Of a stretch of 64,000 bases of DNA, positions 1-12,700 are shown one piece after another. Position 1 is the stretch's first letter. Every line of letters starts with the position of its first letter. This DNA comes from Camelus ferus (lineage: Eukaryota): the NCBI RefSeq assembly GCF_009834535.1, contig NC_045696.1, positions 54,190,001 to 54,254,000 on the forward strand. The letters run 5' to 3'. The position numbers and the translations under genes were made by a program. The notes under the pieces are model-generated. The model saw only the letters and a program-made list of their open reading frames with translations, made no database searches and was not told the DNA's origin.

Positions 1-826
1 TATTGGCTATATTCCCTGTTTTGAATAGTATATCCTTGTAGCTTATTGAATACATAATAGTTTGTTATAATGTATGTCTTTTGAAAATAATAAAATAGGA
101 TCTGGTTTTAGGGTTACAGTTCATATCTGCAAACACACAGTTAAAACTTTCAAGAGATTTCTGCCCCTACCTCTTGATAACGCCTTCTAGGAAACTTTAA
201 GATCATCTGTGGAAGTATCCTATATCTCCTACCAGCTCTTTCTTTTTTTAGTATGCTTTGCCCATTCTCTATTCACCATCCCTCATGATTGCATCTCCTT
301 TGAAAAATTACTCCTATTAAACTAAATTTCTCTGTCACTGCAAGAGACATAAAATTAAAAACTATCTGTCTTTAATCATGCCAGGCTTATTTCTTGTCTC
401 CCAGGCTCCATTTATCAATAATTAATACATAAAGAAGACTGAAATCCATTTCAATTTCAAAGGCCCAAATGTTTCGCTGATTAATAAAAAATTGTGCTCA
501 CAAAGATGGACGGACATGCCACGGTGAAATGATGGAGGGCGCTGCATTAGCAGGGAAAGAGATCTCAGGACCACATACGCCACGTGGCCTACCAGACGAG
601 AAATTAGCCTCATGGAGGAACGATTCTGCAGGGGTACCACCCACCCAGCCTGACATTGCTGCATGTGGGAATCCTTGTCTGCAATTAACATTTTGGTCTA
701 TTCTGTTTACCTCTCCATCCAGGGTCTTATAAAAACAATAAAAGGGTGAACTCACATCTAAGAACCCACTCTTTGGAATTACAAATGCATCTGATTTACT
801 AAACAATTAGTGTACATATCATTATA

Positions 827-1017
827 CAGTTGGCCCTTGAACAACAAGGGTTTAAACTGCATGGGTCGACTTATACACGGATATTTTTCAATAGTAAATA
901 CTGTGGCACCACATGGTCTGTGCTTGATTGAATCCTTGATACAGAGGAACCATGGAAACAGAGGCCCAACTATAAGTTATATATGGATTAATCCCCACAT
1001 GGTTCGAGGATCAACTG
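827..1017. mobile_element. Non-autonomous Tigger2-like (TcMar-Tigger) DNA transposon relic
   Basis: Begins TA|CAGTTGGCCCTTGAACAAC and ends TGGTTCGAGGATCAACTG|CA. These are imperfect terminal inverted repeats resembling the Tigger2 TIR CAGTTGACCCTTGAACAA, with a TA target site on the left. Confidence 0.8.
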
Positions 1018-2179
1018 CATACACAACACTGTGATAGTATACAACGTGGGTTGGTGAAACCCATAAATATGTGGCTTGAGAGAAAATGCCTGGGTCTTAC
1101 TAACTTCCTGATGTACCCACTGTTATGTCGTTGGCAGATCCCTTGACATTCAGTTCTCGTGCTGTTTGCTGTCAGCATGGGCTTCTGTATCTAGGGAGTT
1201 TTAACACTAGTTGCAGCAAACTCAGAGTCATTCAAGTGTCCCAGTTCTACACAAGTGTGAAGTTTCCATCAAATTCTTAAGGTCTAGCAATGCACAGACC
1301 GTTAACATAGACAGTTCCCTCTACTATTCTCACTTTGCACAAAACTAACTACAGCAGTTTATTCTTGGAGTTCTGGTCTCCCTGTTGAGAGGTTCACTTT
1401 CTAAGTTCCTCTGTGCTAAGTAGCAATGGGAGAAATTCTTTCAGCCCTAGGATCTTTGATGGTATAAAGCAATTCCAAGTTGGAAAAATTTGCAGGGAAA
1501 CTAAATAGTACGTGGGTGAAAATGGATAGATGAGTGTTGTTGGACTTAAAATCCTTTCTTCAGAGAAGTCCTAAAAGTGAGAGAAAACTCCACACTCCTC
1601 ACCCAGACTCTTAGAGACAGAGTATTTTCATACCTCACTGATTTTACCTTCTAAGAGCTTTATCTCATTTGGCTGCCACTTCTGAGCAAATTTCCACAAA
1701 CAGTGCTGTAAATACCAGTGTGAATGGCAGATGGATTTTTCTTACATTCTACTGGATCCGTCTGAGGGTCTTTCCTCTCTTATTTCTACCACAGCCCAAA
1801 TTCAGATTTCAGATTTACTGGCTCTCTAGTGTGTAAGGTGGAGAAATGAGGAAATAAGATATTTCAGATTAGGAAGTAGCCCTCATTTTACATGTGTGTG
1901 TATGTCTATTTTCTGCTTTATTTTGACACAGCCACAAAATGTCAACACAAACACAAAATGTCACTGAGTCACTGAATCAAACATTTGGGGAGATAGATGG
2001 AAGCTTCAGGAGCAAGTAACATTTTCTTTCCTATTAAGATTCAATGAAAAAAAATAAGATAATATTTGGGATTTAAAAATTTCTAAAAAAAAAAAAGACT
2101 CAATGAGTTGATCAGTAACCATAGCTAACTCCTCATGGCAACTTATTCTATAAGCATTTGGATAAATATTTGATGTAGT

Positions 2180-2352
2180 CCTCTCATGAAATCTTACAAT
2201 AAGCCTGTGAGCAAGTATTCTTTTCCCCCTTTTCATAGGTGAGGAAACTGAGGCTCATGGAGATGAAGACATTTGCCCACAGATGCCCCTAACTGGTAAT
2301 GCTGGGACTCGAACTCAGGCAGTCAGACGCCAGAGCACATATTCTTTACCAT
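2180..2352. mobile_element. MIR SINE
   Basis: MIR core ATAGGTGAGGAAACTGAGGCTCA...TTGCCCA followed by GGGACTCGAACTCAGGCAGTCAGACGCCAGAGC. Confidence 0.8.
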
Positions 2353-2815
2353 TACTCTCTACAGTCAGGTGATATCCCTACAAGGGTAGAGCCCAACCAG
2401 AATCCTACTCTCCCGCCCTCCTGCACAAAGCACCTTTCTGTACTTATGTGGGCCACATTTTCCCAAATTAAAATCAAGGGGGAAGACACTGGGAGAGTCC
2501 AAAGTGAAAACATCTGGATCCACGGGATATTTCAGTCAGCGGTGCGGACGGTAAGTCAAAATATTTTAAGCCATGACAGTTCTCTGTACTTAACAGCTTG
2601 TAAGGTAAATCAAAATATTGGCTGGTTTGAGGCTTTGTTCTGTTGACTATTATGTCCTCTTGGTTGATACATGGGCACTATTCTTAGACTCTAAGGAGAG
2701 GCATGGAGATGCAGAATACTCAAATACAACTGTTCAAGTGTAAAGGATGACTGCATGTGACAAGCCTGTTTTCTCCTCATTTCTGCCATCCCTTCCCCAC
2801 ACTTGCACTGAGAAG

Positions 2816-2884
2816 CTTGAACAACGCCGCAAACACATTGGCCAACCCCACTTCCAAGGCCCCGGAGAAGCAACAGCAAACATG
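2816..2884 (+). CDS. Candidate 69-nt internal (cassette-like) exon of an unidentified gene; reads (S)LNNAANTLANPTSKAPEKQQQT or LEQRRKHIGQPHFQGPGEATANM
   Basis: ~40-nt pyrimidine tract (2765-2805), tandem acceptor GAG/AAG (2810-2815), overlapping donors ATG|gtacgt and TAC|gtgagt, length divisible by 3, two open frames, local CpG retention, TGCATG at 2752. Confidence 0.5.
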
Positions 2885-3030
2885 GTACGTGAGTCAGTGA
2901 TTACAAGCCAATTCACAATTCCAATAACTATATATTCTATAACCAAATAAGAAAAGATCTCATTAAATCATAACATCAAAAAATAATGAATTAATTGAAT
3001 TTTTTAAAAAATCTGCCTTGTTTTGTTCAA

Positions 3031-3745
3031 AGTAAATACCCTGGGATATAGTACTATTCCATTGGGTAATTACTATGGAACTGTATAGGAATAGATCATG
3101 ATTGGTGTCTTGCAAAACGGCAATCACAATTTGCCTTCTAATTATGACTGAGTTCTCAGGGGAAACCCAGCAAGCAGTGCACCCTGCTGTTACACCACAG
3201 CAATAACACTCATTACCCCAGTAAATACTATGGAAATACGCAGGAACACACAGGAGCCTCCCTGCTGCGAGGCTGTGGCAGAATCACTCATTAGTCTGGG
3301 AAGTATCACTCAATCGTCTTTAATTACTTCCAAAATACACGATAACCTGCCCACTGCTACAGTGCAGTGATATCACTCATTATTTTTCCACCTTTTTTTT
3401 TTTTTTAACTTACTAAGGAACCCTGCAGTAGCCTTACTATAATGGTGATATATTGTAACTTACACTGGATTTAATCACATAGATTTATGTGCTTTTAGAC
3501 ATATAAATACCCAGGCTCCCAATGTGAAACGATCATGGAGAAAAATATGCATAACTACTAATATCTTTCTGGGTTAGATCTCTTTTTTCACATGACTGAA
3601 TTGTGGCCATACTGTTGTAATCCTTCCCTTTTATCCTGGAAACGATAGTGATAATTGCACTGTAGCCCCGTGGAATCCAGGGTACTTGTAATTATATCCA
3701 GTTACTAAGGAACACAGCAACTTCAAACCTATTACCCATAGGTAT
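3031..3745. repeat. Degenerate direct and inverted repeat array of unknown origin
   Basis: A(T/A)CACTCA(T/A)T at 3205, 3283, 3305 and 3372. TACTA(T/A)GGAA at 3071, 3226, 3411 and 3703. Perfect 11-bp inverted pair 3356-3366/3656-3666. Confidence 0.55.
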
Positions 3746-6705
3746 CATTTATATTTATTGCCCTCTTTAAGCAGCCACTACTTTTACTCTGGACTTCCAA
3801 GAGGCAGGATGCTTTGAGAAAGTACCTGTGTGATGGAGAGAAGGCAGAGCGATTGCAAGGATCTCTGTTCCTTCTCAGGAAGCTTGGGTCTGATCTTTAT
3901 GAGATAGGGTTTTTCTGGCCACTTTCAAATGGAAAAAAAAAAAAAAAAGAAAACCCGACCTTTGGTTTGGAACTATGTTTCTTAGCGCAATTTGGAGACA
4001 GGGCTCAAAATTCGGGGGTTTTGTGTTTAAAACTTCACATTGCAGCATGTGCCTCAACATATCACAAGTACCCGCATCACAAACAAATTTTTGATCACGA
4101 CTTGCCCTGGCATGTGAATTAATGGCTTTCAGAATGGCAGTATGAAAAATAATTAAACCTAGGTATAGCTCTTTTCACATGAAAGAAGAAATAACTGATC
4201 GGTCAATATATTCATCACTTTGATTTGAACACTTATTCCAAAAACCCACACTTAGGGGAGGTTTTCAGGAGTCCATCCACATTCCAAAAGAGGGAGTGAT
4301 GGATGGGTGTTCCCCTCTCCTGTGTTCAGTGTTGGAGTTGATTTGCAATGTTACAGTTTTATAAGGAAGACTGAGTCCTAGACTTACAGTCATATTGAAT
4401 ACGGACTATTTAATATTTAAGTCAAGTACCACTTAGCTGTAATAATTACTTGAAAAAATAACATAATTGGCTCTGTTTACGGATAAGGAAACTAAGGCTC
4501 TTAGTGTGCGCTAAAGACTTGCCAGCTAGAAAGCAGTCCAGTCACCAAGACATCTCAGCTCTTTAAGATCCCTACAGTCTGTCTTCTTACTACACTATCA
4601 GACCACCTTCCCCGTCTGCCTTTGGGTCTATTTCTATCAGCTTCTGGTTCTGTAATACTTCCTAACCAACACAGAAAACTGGCTCAGAATGTTCAAATTG
4701 TGAAAAAAATTACCTCACAAAACTGATCTCCCTTTTAGGGGCGAGAGATTCAGGGTACTTTTAAGCCACACTATTAGTGGTGATTGTCTCTGTCTGTTCC
4801 TTTGCCCCGTGTTAACAGCTACTTGAGGAAGTATGATGCTACATTTTTACCCCAAACTGGGCTGTTGGTCTTATTCATCATCCATAGACATCTCTAGAAT
4901 CAGTATAAACTTCTGGGAAAAAAAAAAAATAATAAAGGAGAAGATAAAAACTTAGAACTTCTAAAGTTGGATCTGGGAGTCTGTTACGGCATCCAAGTGT
5001 GGGACAAGGCAAAGTCTTCTTGCTTGTTCAATTAGTTAATTGAAGATCAGATCCACTTTCTTACAGGATAACATTTTACATGTCATTTTGTTTTCCTTCT
5101 GTATTTTCACATTTCTTTATAATAATATTTTTGGTAGTATTTTTACTTTTTGCTTCAATAAAAAATTAGTTCAATTTCAGAATGATCCACTTGGTTTCTT
5201 AAAACAGGGTGTTAGAAAAGTAAATCTATACATTTTCACAAGGGAAAAAACACCATAAATGTATACATGACTGGAATCTATTGAGGTGGAGTAAGAAACT
5301 ATGGTTGCAGAGCTAAATACATAGAAGTTGTTTTAAAATACTTTTACTCAAATATTTATTGCATGTATAATATGTTTATCAATGAAAAAACTATTACTCC
5401 AATATTTCTCCAAAGTGAGATTATGTATAGATTACAAACTTATTAAAGTGTCTCTAATTTACCCAGGGAGTGTGCTGTTATAGCAGGTCATCCGCTGGGA
5501 CTTGAATCACAGGCATTCTGAAAGCAGGACTTGACACTGGATGGTGGATTTCATAGGAGCCAAATCACCAGGCAGAGGGCAAGTCCTACACTTGGAAAGG
5601 GTTGCATGTATTCCTGGTCAGGTCACAGATGCAGGTCACCAGGCAAATGTCTAATTATCCCCTGGGGTAAGTATACTTCAATCTCCCAGGAAGATGTCCC
5701 TTCTTTCCTCAGAAGGCTATTATTGAAATCAGTCAAGAAAAACAGTTATCTCCTTGTTATTTAAAAAGCTGCCAATGTAGAAAGGAACTACTTTGCTCAG
5801 AGTAAGGAAACTTGAATTCCAGCACCCAGTTCTGGACCTTGTAGCTATACCTCCTTGGCAAAGCTACTTGACATCTCCTAGGCATTGCTGTCTCGTCCAC
5901 ATGGGGATGATAATACTTTGAGTACCTAAAATCCTGAGGCTACATTACATAAAGGAATAGGTCTAGGAGTTTCCTATTTCAAATTTTGCCTGGAAAAAGA
6001 CACATTTATCTGACCCATAAAAGTATGCTTTTTGTCCCTTCCTGTACCCCATGAATTTCTATCAACCCATTTCTGTGAGTTTAATTAATTAATTTATTCA
6101 TTTATTTTTGGATGCTCAGTTCTCTTAAAGCAAAGCTGATTTGCTTCTGTGACACTTTGATTCCAAAAGTCAAATATTCAGTTTTCACTGTGAGATGAGA
6201 GCTGGTATAAGGATCTCTTTTCTCCACCCCACACCCCACCCACTCCACTCCTGCCATCCTTAAGTTTTAAAGCCAAGTAGTTCTATGGTACATTCGGAAG
6301 CTCATCCATTTTTGATAATAATTTTGAGACTGTCAGGGCAATCTAAACACTAATATAGTTTGGGGTGAGATGTTTAGTGTCTATGTCCACAGAGCACAAA
6401 GTCTTGGTCCATGGCATCTGTCCCTGTAACTCATTCTAGCCTGCTTTTAACATAGCTCAGAAAATGAGGTGAGAAATGGAGAATTAGTCACTTAGTTAAA
6501 TTTCATAAGAAGAGTACTTTAAAATACCATCACTTCCAACAACATTTCAAAAAATGTTTCCTGATTGTTGAAAGGCCATATACTTCCTTTCACCTCTTCT
6601 TCATTACTTTTCCAACATAATGTCCTGTTAACCTTACTACATTGCACAGTCAGGTAACGATGCTTACTCTATAATGAGTGCATGGAGATCTTGAATAACA
6701 CAGTA

Positions 6706-7199
6706 TAGATCTTTTTCAACTTAGGATGGGATTATGCCCCAGTAAACTCATTGTAAATTGAAAATATCAGAAGTTGAAAATGCACTGAATACACCTACCT
6801 TACTGAAGGTAGCCTAGCCTAGCCTACCTTAAATTTGCTCAGAACACTTACATTAGCTTATACTTGGGCAAAATCATCTACCACAAACCTTATTTTAGAG
6901 TATAGTGTTGACTATCTCCTGTACTTTATTGGATGCTGTACTGAAAGGGAGACACAGAATGGTTGTATGGGCATAGAATGGTTTTAAGTCTTGTTTACCC
7001 TTGTGATCGCGTGGCTGACTGTGAGCTGCGGCTTAACGGCCCTGTGTAGCATCAGGAGATAGTACTGCATATGGCTAGAGCAGCAAAGATTCAAACTCCA
7101 AATTCCAAATACGGTTTTTACTGAATGCTTATCACTTTTACACCATTGTAAAGTCGAACAATCATAAGCCGAGCCATTGTAAATCGGGGATCGTTTGTA
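6706..7199. mobile_element. Tigger-family non-autonomous DNA transposon (MER47/Tigger5-like)
   Basis: Matches the recalled consensus (AACTTAGGATGGGATTATGCCCC...GCCTAGCCTAGCCTACCTTAAATTTGCTCAGAACACTTACATTAGC...CATTGTAAAGTCGAA...GTAAATCGGGGATCGTTTG|TA) and has TA-flanked ends. Confidence 0.75.
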
Positions 7200-8548
7200 G
7201 ATAATACAGGTAGACAACCACAAGCATGGTACAATGATTTACTTCGGCACTACTTAAGGTAAGAATGTGACTGTTACCAGTCATCTCCACTTTCACTTCA
7301 TTTGATGCTGAAGCTATTAGTTTCCGATTTTTCAGAATTCATGGAGGTGAGCCTTTCCTGTCTGTCTTCCATCTTCTCTTAACAGCTATACTCACATATC
7401 CACTGCACACAATTCTGGTCTGTTTTTCAACCATGGTGAAATCAGGACCGATCTCCTATAAAGAGCCTTTCTTTCATGACAAAGGACAAATGCCCAAAAG
7501 AGACACTAGACATGTAAGAAGAAAAGGTAGGTTGGAAATAAGATGTAGAATAAAAATGTACAGAAACAAGCAAAAACTAGAGAATATAAGGTATCTATAG
7601 ATAAGGTCCAGGAAAAAAAAAAATCTCTGACTGTGGCAAATGATGTCTGTGTAAGAAAACAATTATAAAGAAATGTGCATCACTAAAGGAATTTAATACT
7701 TCAGCATGAAATTGGTGTCTAGAAAATGAAGCTGTGTTTTAAGAGCAACAAATTGCAAATAGAATAAGTTACATTAGAAGGGTGTTTCCTGAGCTTTTAG
7801 TAAAACACCCGTGGAATTGTTTTTAATGGAAAAAATTTTAAAGTAGGTATCTTTTCATGAACTCTGGCTTAAATTCTCAGAAATACTTTTTATAACTTAT
7901 GTCTTCTGTGTTCTATACAGCAGATCCCTCTGATTTGTTAGGGTCAAAATACTCAGAGGATGCTCTCATTTTGGCACTAAGTACAACTTGGCTCTGCTTT
8001 TTAGGCCTGGAGATCTCACTGTCTATATATGCTTCTGTCAGAGAGACAACGGGATGAGTTATTAGTAACACCAGGAGCTCAGTACAGTGCTCAGACAGAG
8101 TTCTGGGATTAGGGGAAGGGTAGAAAAGAACAAAAGAAAGGCCCTGGAAATCTGATGAGGGATTCTAGAAGGTAACACATTTTAATTAAGCTTCCTCCAA
8201 ACCAGCAGGGAGAGAAAATTCAGCAAGGATTTATTTTCCATCCTATTTTCCTTAGGGAACACACCTAGAAACTGTTTTGAGGCTGAGCTTTGATATACCT
8301 GAAGGACATAATTTGATTATGAACAGGCAGGAACTTGTGAAATATCAATTTTCATTATACCTGTCTTTGAAATGCTTACCAAGGACCTTCTAAAACTTTA
8401 GAAAACATTATCTACCTCAACCATCAGTCATCTGATATTTCAAGTCTTCTTGATCAAGGAAGGCTAGGAAGGATTTTCTTAAACTTATAAAAACAAATTC
8501 CTTTGCAGTTTCTTCCAGGAGCCATCTAGCCGACTTCTGTGATCCTTT

Positions 8549-8558
8549 ACCTACCTAC

Positions 8559-8599
<41 letters not shown>
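8549..8599. repeat. (ACCT)3 + (AC)19 microsatellite
   Basis: Directly visible perfect AC run 8561-8598. Confidence 0.95.
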
Positions 8600-8602
<3 letters not shown>

Positions 8603-9364
8603 TGTGGTTAGTTCTTCCTTTGTGTTCCAAGTTCCTCATCTATTGGGCTGTACATAATAATGGCTGTGTGGCTACAGGATGAGTGGTAATGTCCTGAAGA
8701 AGATGCTCTATAAGCAAGATGGACAAATTACCTTAAATTTGATTTGAATGGTAAGACTAATTGATGCCACACACACACACACCACCCTCGCCCCCTCCCA
8801 AGGAAGTATGAAAAGCTTTATTTCTCCCATAATGAGGATTTCTAGAGAAGGCAGGCCAGGCTCCTAAGCTTAAGACTAAAAAGAGCTTGAGAAAGCAGAG
8901 GGGCACCTGACTTAGGGTCTTCTGATGGTTGGGGAGAGGGGCTGTGATGTGTGTTCCCCTCACAGGTCAGGGTTGGAACCCCTGCAGGTGCCAAAGAACA
9001 GAGCAACCAGACTTTCTTACCAGCTTGCCCAGATACAGGGCAGAAGGATAAAGACTAGCGGTGGGGCTGGAAAGCTGTCAGCCATGAGGCCTCAAAACTG
9101 CAGTCAGTCTCTTTATTAAGGCAAAGAAAGAATTTAGCACAAGGCACCTGGTGAATGCCCAATAAATGCTAGATTTTATTATCACTGTTCTTAACACAAT
9201 TATCATGTCTGTGTCTGTTTCCTGCTGCCTGGCTGGCATGAGGAGAAAGTAACTTTAGGACATGGATATAAGAGGAAATCACTATGAATAGGACAGAATT
9301 TGAGAGGTTTTGTGACCCAGATATTATGCCATAGTAACAGCTAAGAGTTACATTTAGCATCACA

Positions 9365-9730
9365 GGTACAAAGAGCAGTGGGCTTGGCTTCGCTACGCCT
9401 GAACTTAAATCTCAGCTCTATTCCTTAAGAGTTTCCTGACTCTCAACACTGGTTTACATGCTCCCAGACTTACCAGCTTAATGCAAGTACCACCACCAAT
9501 TCCATCGCATTGTTAAGAACAATAACAGAAAGATAATACAAGTGTCATCATGTAGCAAATCGCCCAATACTTATTAGATGCTCAGTGAACAACAGGTGAA
9601 TATGATTCTGAGTATTACCTACCTAGGTACTTAACTTCTTTGAGGCTAATTCCCTGTATTTATAGTATAAGGATAATAATGCTTACCTTACCTATCATGT
9701 GATCATGTGACCATCAACATCAACAGATGA
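9365..9730. mobile_element. Degraded MIR fragments
   Basis: CCTGAACTTAAATCTCAGCTCTA, and TACTTAACTTCTTTGAGGCT...ATAAGGATAATAATGCTTACCT, resemble the MIR core. Confidence 0.5.
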
Positions 9731-12700
9731 TGTATCTGATGGTACTTCTTAAGAGGAAATGTATATATTGATAGAAGACATTATTATGAAACACATGCCC
9801 TAGCACATAAGCATTAAGGAGGAAATACAGAAAACCGGGCTCTAGAATCTTGACATATATAGTCCCTTCATAGTCCCAGCTTCAGGGGAGAATTCTTAAA
9901 TTAGGTTCACTTTTCACTGTATGCTTGTTAATCACATTACAGTTGAATATCCTCCAAAGTCCTGGCATTTTCAAACGGGGCCAAGTAAGATTGATTTGCC
10001 TGAGGATCCCAGATCTCCATTCCCCCTCAGCCAAGAGTCCCCATCTGTTGGTTCCAATTGATATTTGAGATAACCTGCCCCCAGTAACCATCCATGTGAA
10101 AATCCTGACTTCAGAAAACAGACTCAGAAGATTCAAAACCTCACTCAAGTTTTCATTAAGGGGGATGATCAAAGAGAAATGAAGAAGGAAATGTAATGAA
10201 AAGCAGGAAAGACAGGGAAACAAAGAAGTAAGTGGACAAAAGTTAGAAAAGGAATATGGAAAACAAGTAAGAATGGTGAACAGGGCTGAGAAACATCTAC
10301 CACACTGGTTAGATTTATTCTAATATGTTCAAGGTTATTAGTCAAACCTCTGGGAAGGGCCAATACACAGCCATTTTCTCTCTCCTTCTTTCCTCGCCCT
10401 AGTCTTCCTGCCTCCACAACACTAAAACCTCGTTACAGAGCCATTCATGCCAGCTACAGATTGCTTCCTAGAGCCATCACTCTAACCTAATTATTATAGG
10501 ACAACTCAAGCCACTCATACACTGTGCTGTCATCCAATACGACTGTGTTCTCCTCCTCAGTGATCTTGGTGGTCAGTGTTCTGCCACATCTTCACTGTTG
10601 CCCCAACAAGATGAGGGGGTTTTCACTGCTGGGGACTTCCACATCTCTCCTCTCCCTCACTATGCCAACTCGTGTATTCAGCCAGGCTTCCTGGCAGCCA
10701 CACGTTTACTTCCGCAAAGAAAATTCTAGGTGCTTCAGGAAAGTAACTTCTTGGAATATATATAATTTTATTCAATTGTAAGAGGAAGCTGTATTTATTT
10801 ATACTCATTCAATCTTAATCTTTGGAAATGTTGTGGAAACTTTGCCGTGACACTTTAGTCATGACACAACGTCCTTGGCCTGAACCCATTAAGTCATGGT
10901 TTTACTCAAGGATGAACCACATTCTGGTATTTTGTATTCACTGTTTTTCTAGTCTTATAAAAATCAGTTAATGCTGCAGATGTCCTTAATTATTTGGATA
11001 CATTCTGCCTTTCCAATTCCTTGGAGGGAGGAACCAACATTTTTCTTCTGTATTTCCCTAAAGCATACACTATGGTTTCAGAGTCTAGTAGGTACTCAAG
11101 AAATAATGTCATCAGACTGATTAAATGACTGAGGGACAACATAGCTTGTCCTATTTTTCAGAAGTTAAATAGCATTCATATTTCAACAAGGGCTTGTTCC
11201 TCTGTAAATCACTGATTTAGAATCACAATTTACAACAGCAGAGCTCACCCACCAAAACAGCTTTAAATTAAATAGGAACTTTAGTTGCGATATTTTGGAG
11301 CCATCTCTGCAAAACGCAACTGACACTGGCATAGAGTAGAATGGTTTCAAGGCAAGAAAAGGCATATTGACTGACGGGAGCGCGCTCTGTTGCCTTGACA
11401 AACAAGTAAGAATTCAGCTGCAATCTGTTGGAGTCTCAAAGCTCACAAACCTGCCAGATTGCCATCTTTGTGCTGAATGCAAAATAATCACAGTACCCAG
11501 AAATGATAAATGGTGGATGGCTGGGGTAGGAAGCAACACATTTAATCAATCTCTCCTTTCCACTCTGCAGGTTCTAACCACATACCCTGCATTCCAGTAA
11601 GGAGAGAAGAGCTTCCATCCTCCACTTTTGGAGGTAAGAGTGTCTTATTTCTCTACCCCTGAGCCAACTACCCATGGCTTTTCTCCATCATCTACATTTG
11701 GGTTCAGCTGATTGATGATATTCATAGATTAGGCTTCAGTGACTCTCAAGGGTCTGTAAAGTACCAATTTTTAGCTCTTTAATTTCTTAGACCCTTCCCA
11801 GTCTGGCTTCTCTATCTATCATCATTGTTACCATGTGAGGTATCAATGCTTTACTGAGCTTCTACAGTGTGTCAGGTCCTGTGCTAAAGATCTTACCCTA
11901 TGGGATTGTTCTGGAGATAAAATGAAAAGGGCATTAAATGTGTAAAGCACAATATAAATTCATGTCTTCAAGGTATCATTCCTGGAAAAGTAGACTCATT
12001 TTTAATTCCCTCATTTAACTTGTCAAATCAAACAGCTTTGAATAATCATCACTTTCTGGACAGTTATTTTTCCTCTTAAATTTACCATTATATAAAGGAC
12101 AAAGGAATCAATCTTATTTGAAAGTTAATCATAAAAATATGCAAGTGACCCCAGTTCAATTTGCTTTCTTTCATCTGACTATCTCTTTCTCTGCCACTCT
12201 CATTCTATGCTTTCTTTCCCCTTTCCCTCCCTCCAAACACACAGACACACACACTTACTGTCTGCTAACTGATTATTTATAAAAGTTGATCACTGTCATG
12301 ATAAAACTCAGTATGTCACCAATCAAACCTATGCTTTCTTGAAAAAATGTCAGACTCTTCCTATTTTCCTCTCAGTGCTGACTCCCATGATATACATCAA
12401 GCAGGTACCAGGGTATACTACAGCCCTGGTTCCCGGGTACCCTTCTAAAACACATTACCTCCTACTGGGACCACACACTGGAGTGATATAGAACAGAATT
12501 CTTCAGTCCAGACTATTACAACTTCAACTATGCACATGATCGAACTCCTTTCCAGAGACCAACCTATCCCTGAACTCATTCTTGGAGTTTAGGGATCATG
12601 AAAGGACAATTGTTATTTTTGTAACATAGTTTAATCTACTCTACAATGATTACTTCTCGACACATATATTGCCTACCTTTGCCCATTTTTCTGATGCCAT

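Noticed and set aside
497..732. CpG-containing 67-aa ORF and the acceptor-like site at 722
   Set aside because: No recognisable protein and no convincing paired acceptor/donor. It may be conserved non-coding sequence or a minor exon, but I cannot support that.
2364..2556. Possible exon ending at the strong donor ACG|gtaagt (2550)
   Set aside because: The acceptor lies at a MIR edge and the peptide is not protein-like. A single strong donor is common by chance.
3031..3745. CRISPR-like interpretation of the motif/spacer array
   Set aside because: The repeats are short, degenerate and irregularly spaced, there are no cas genes, and the context is mammalian.
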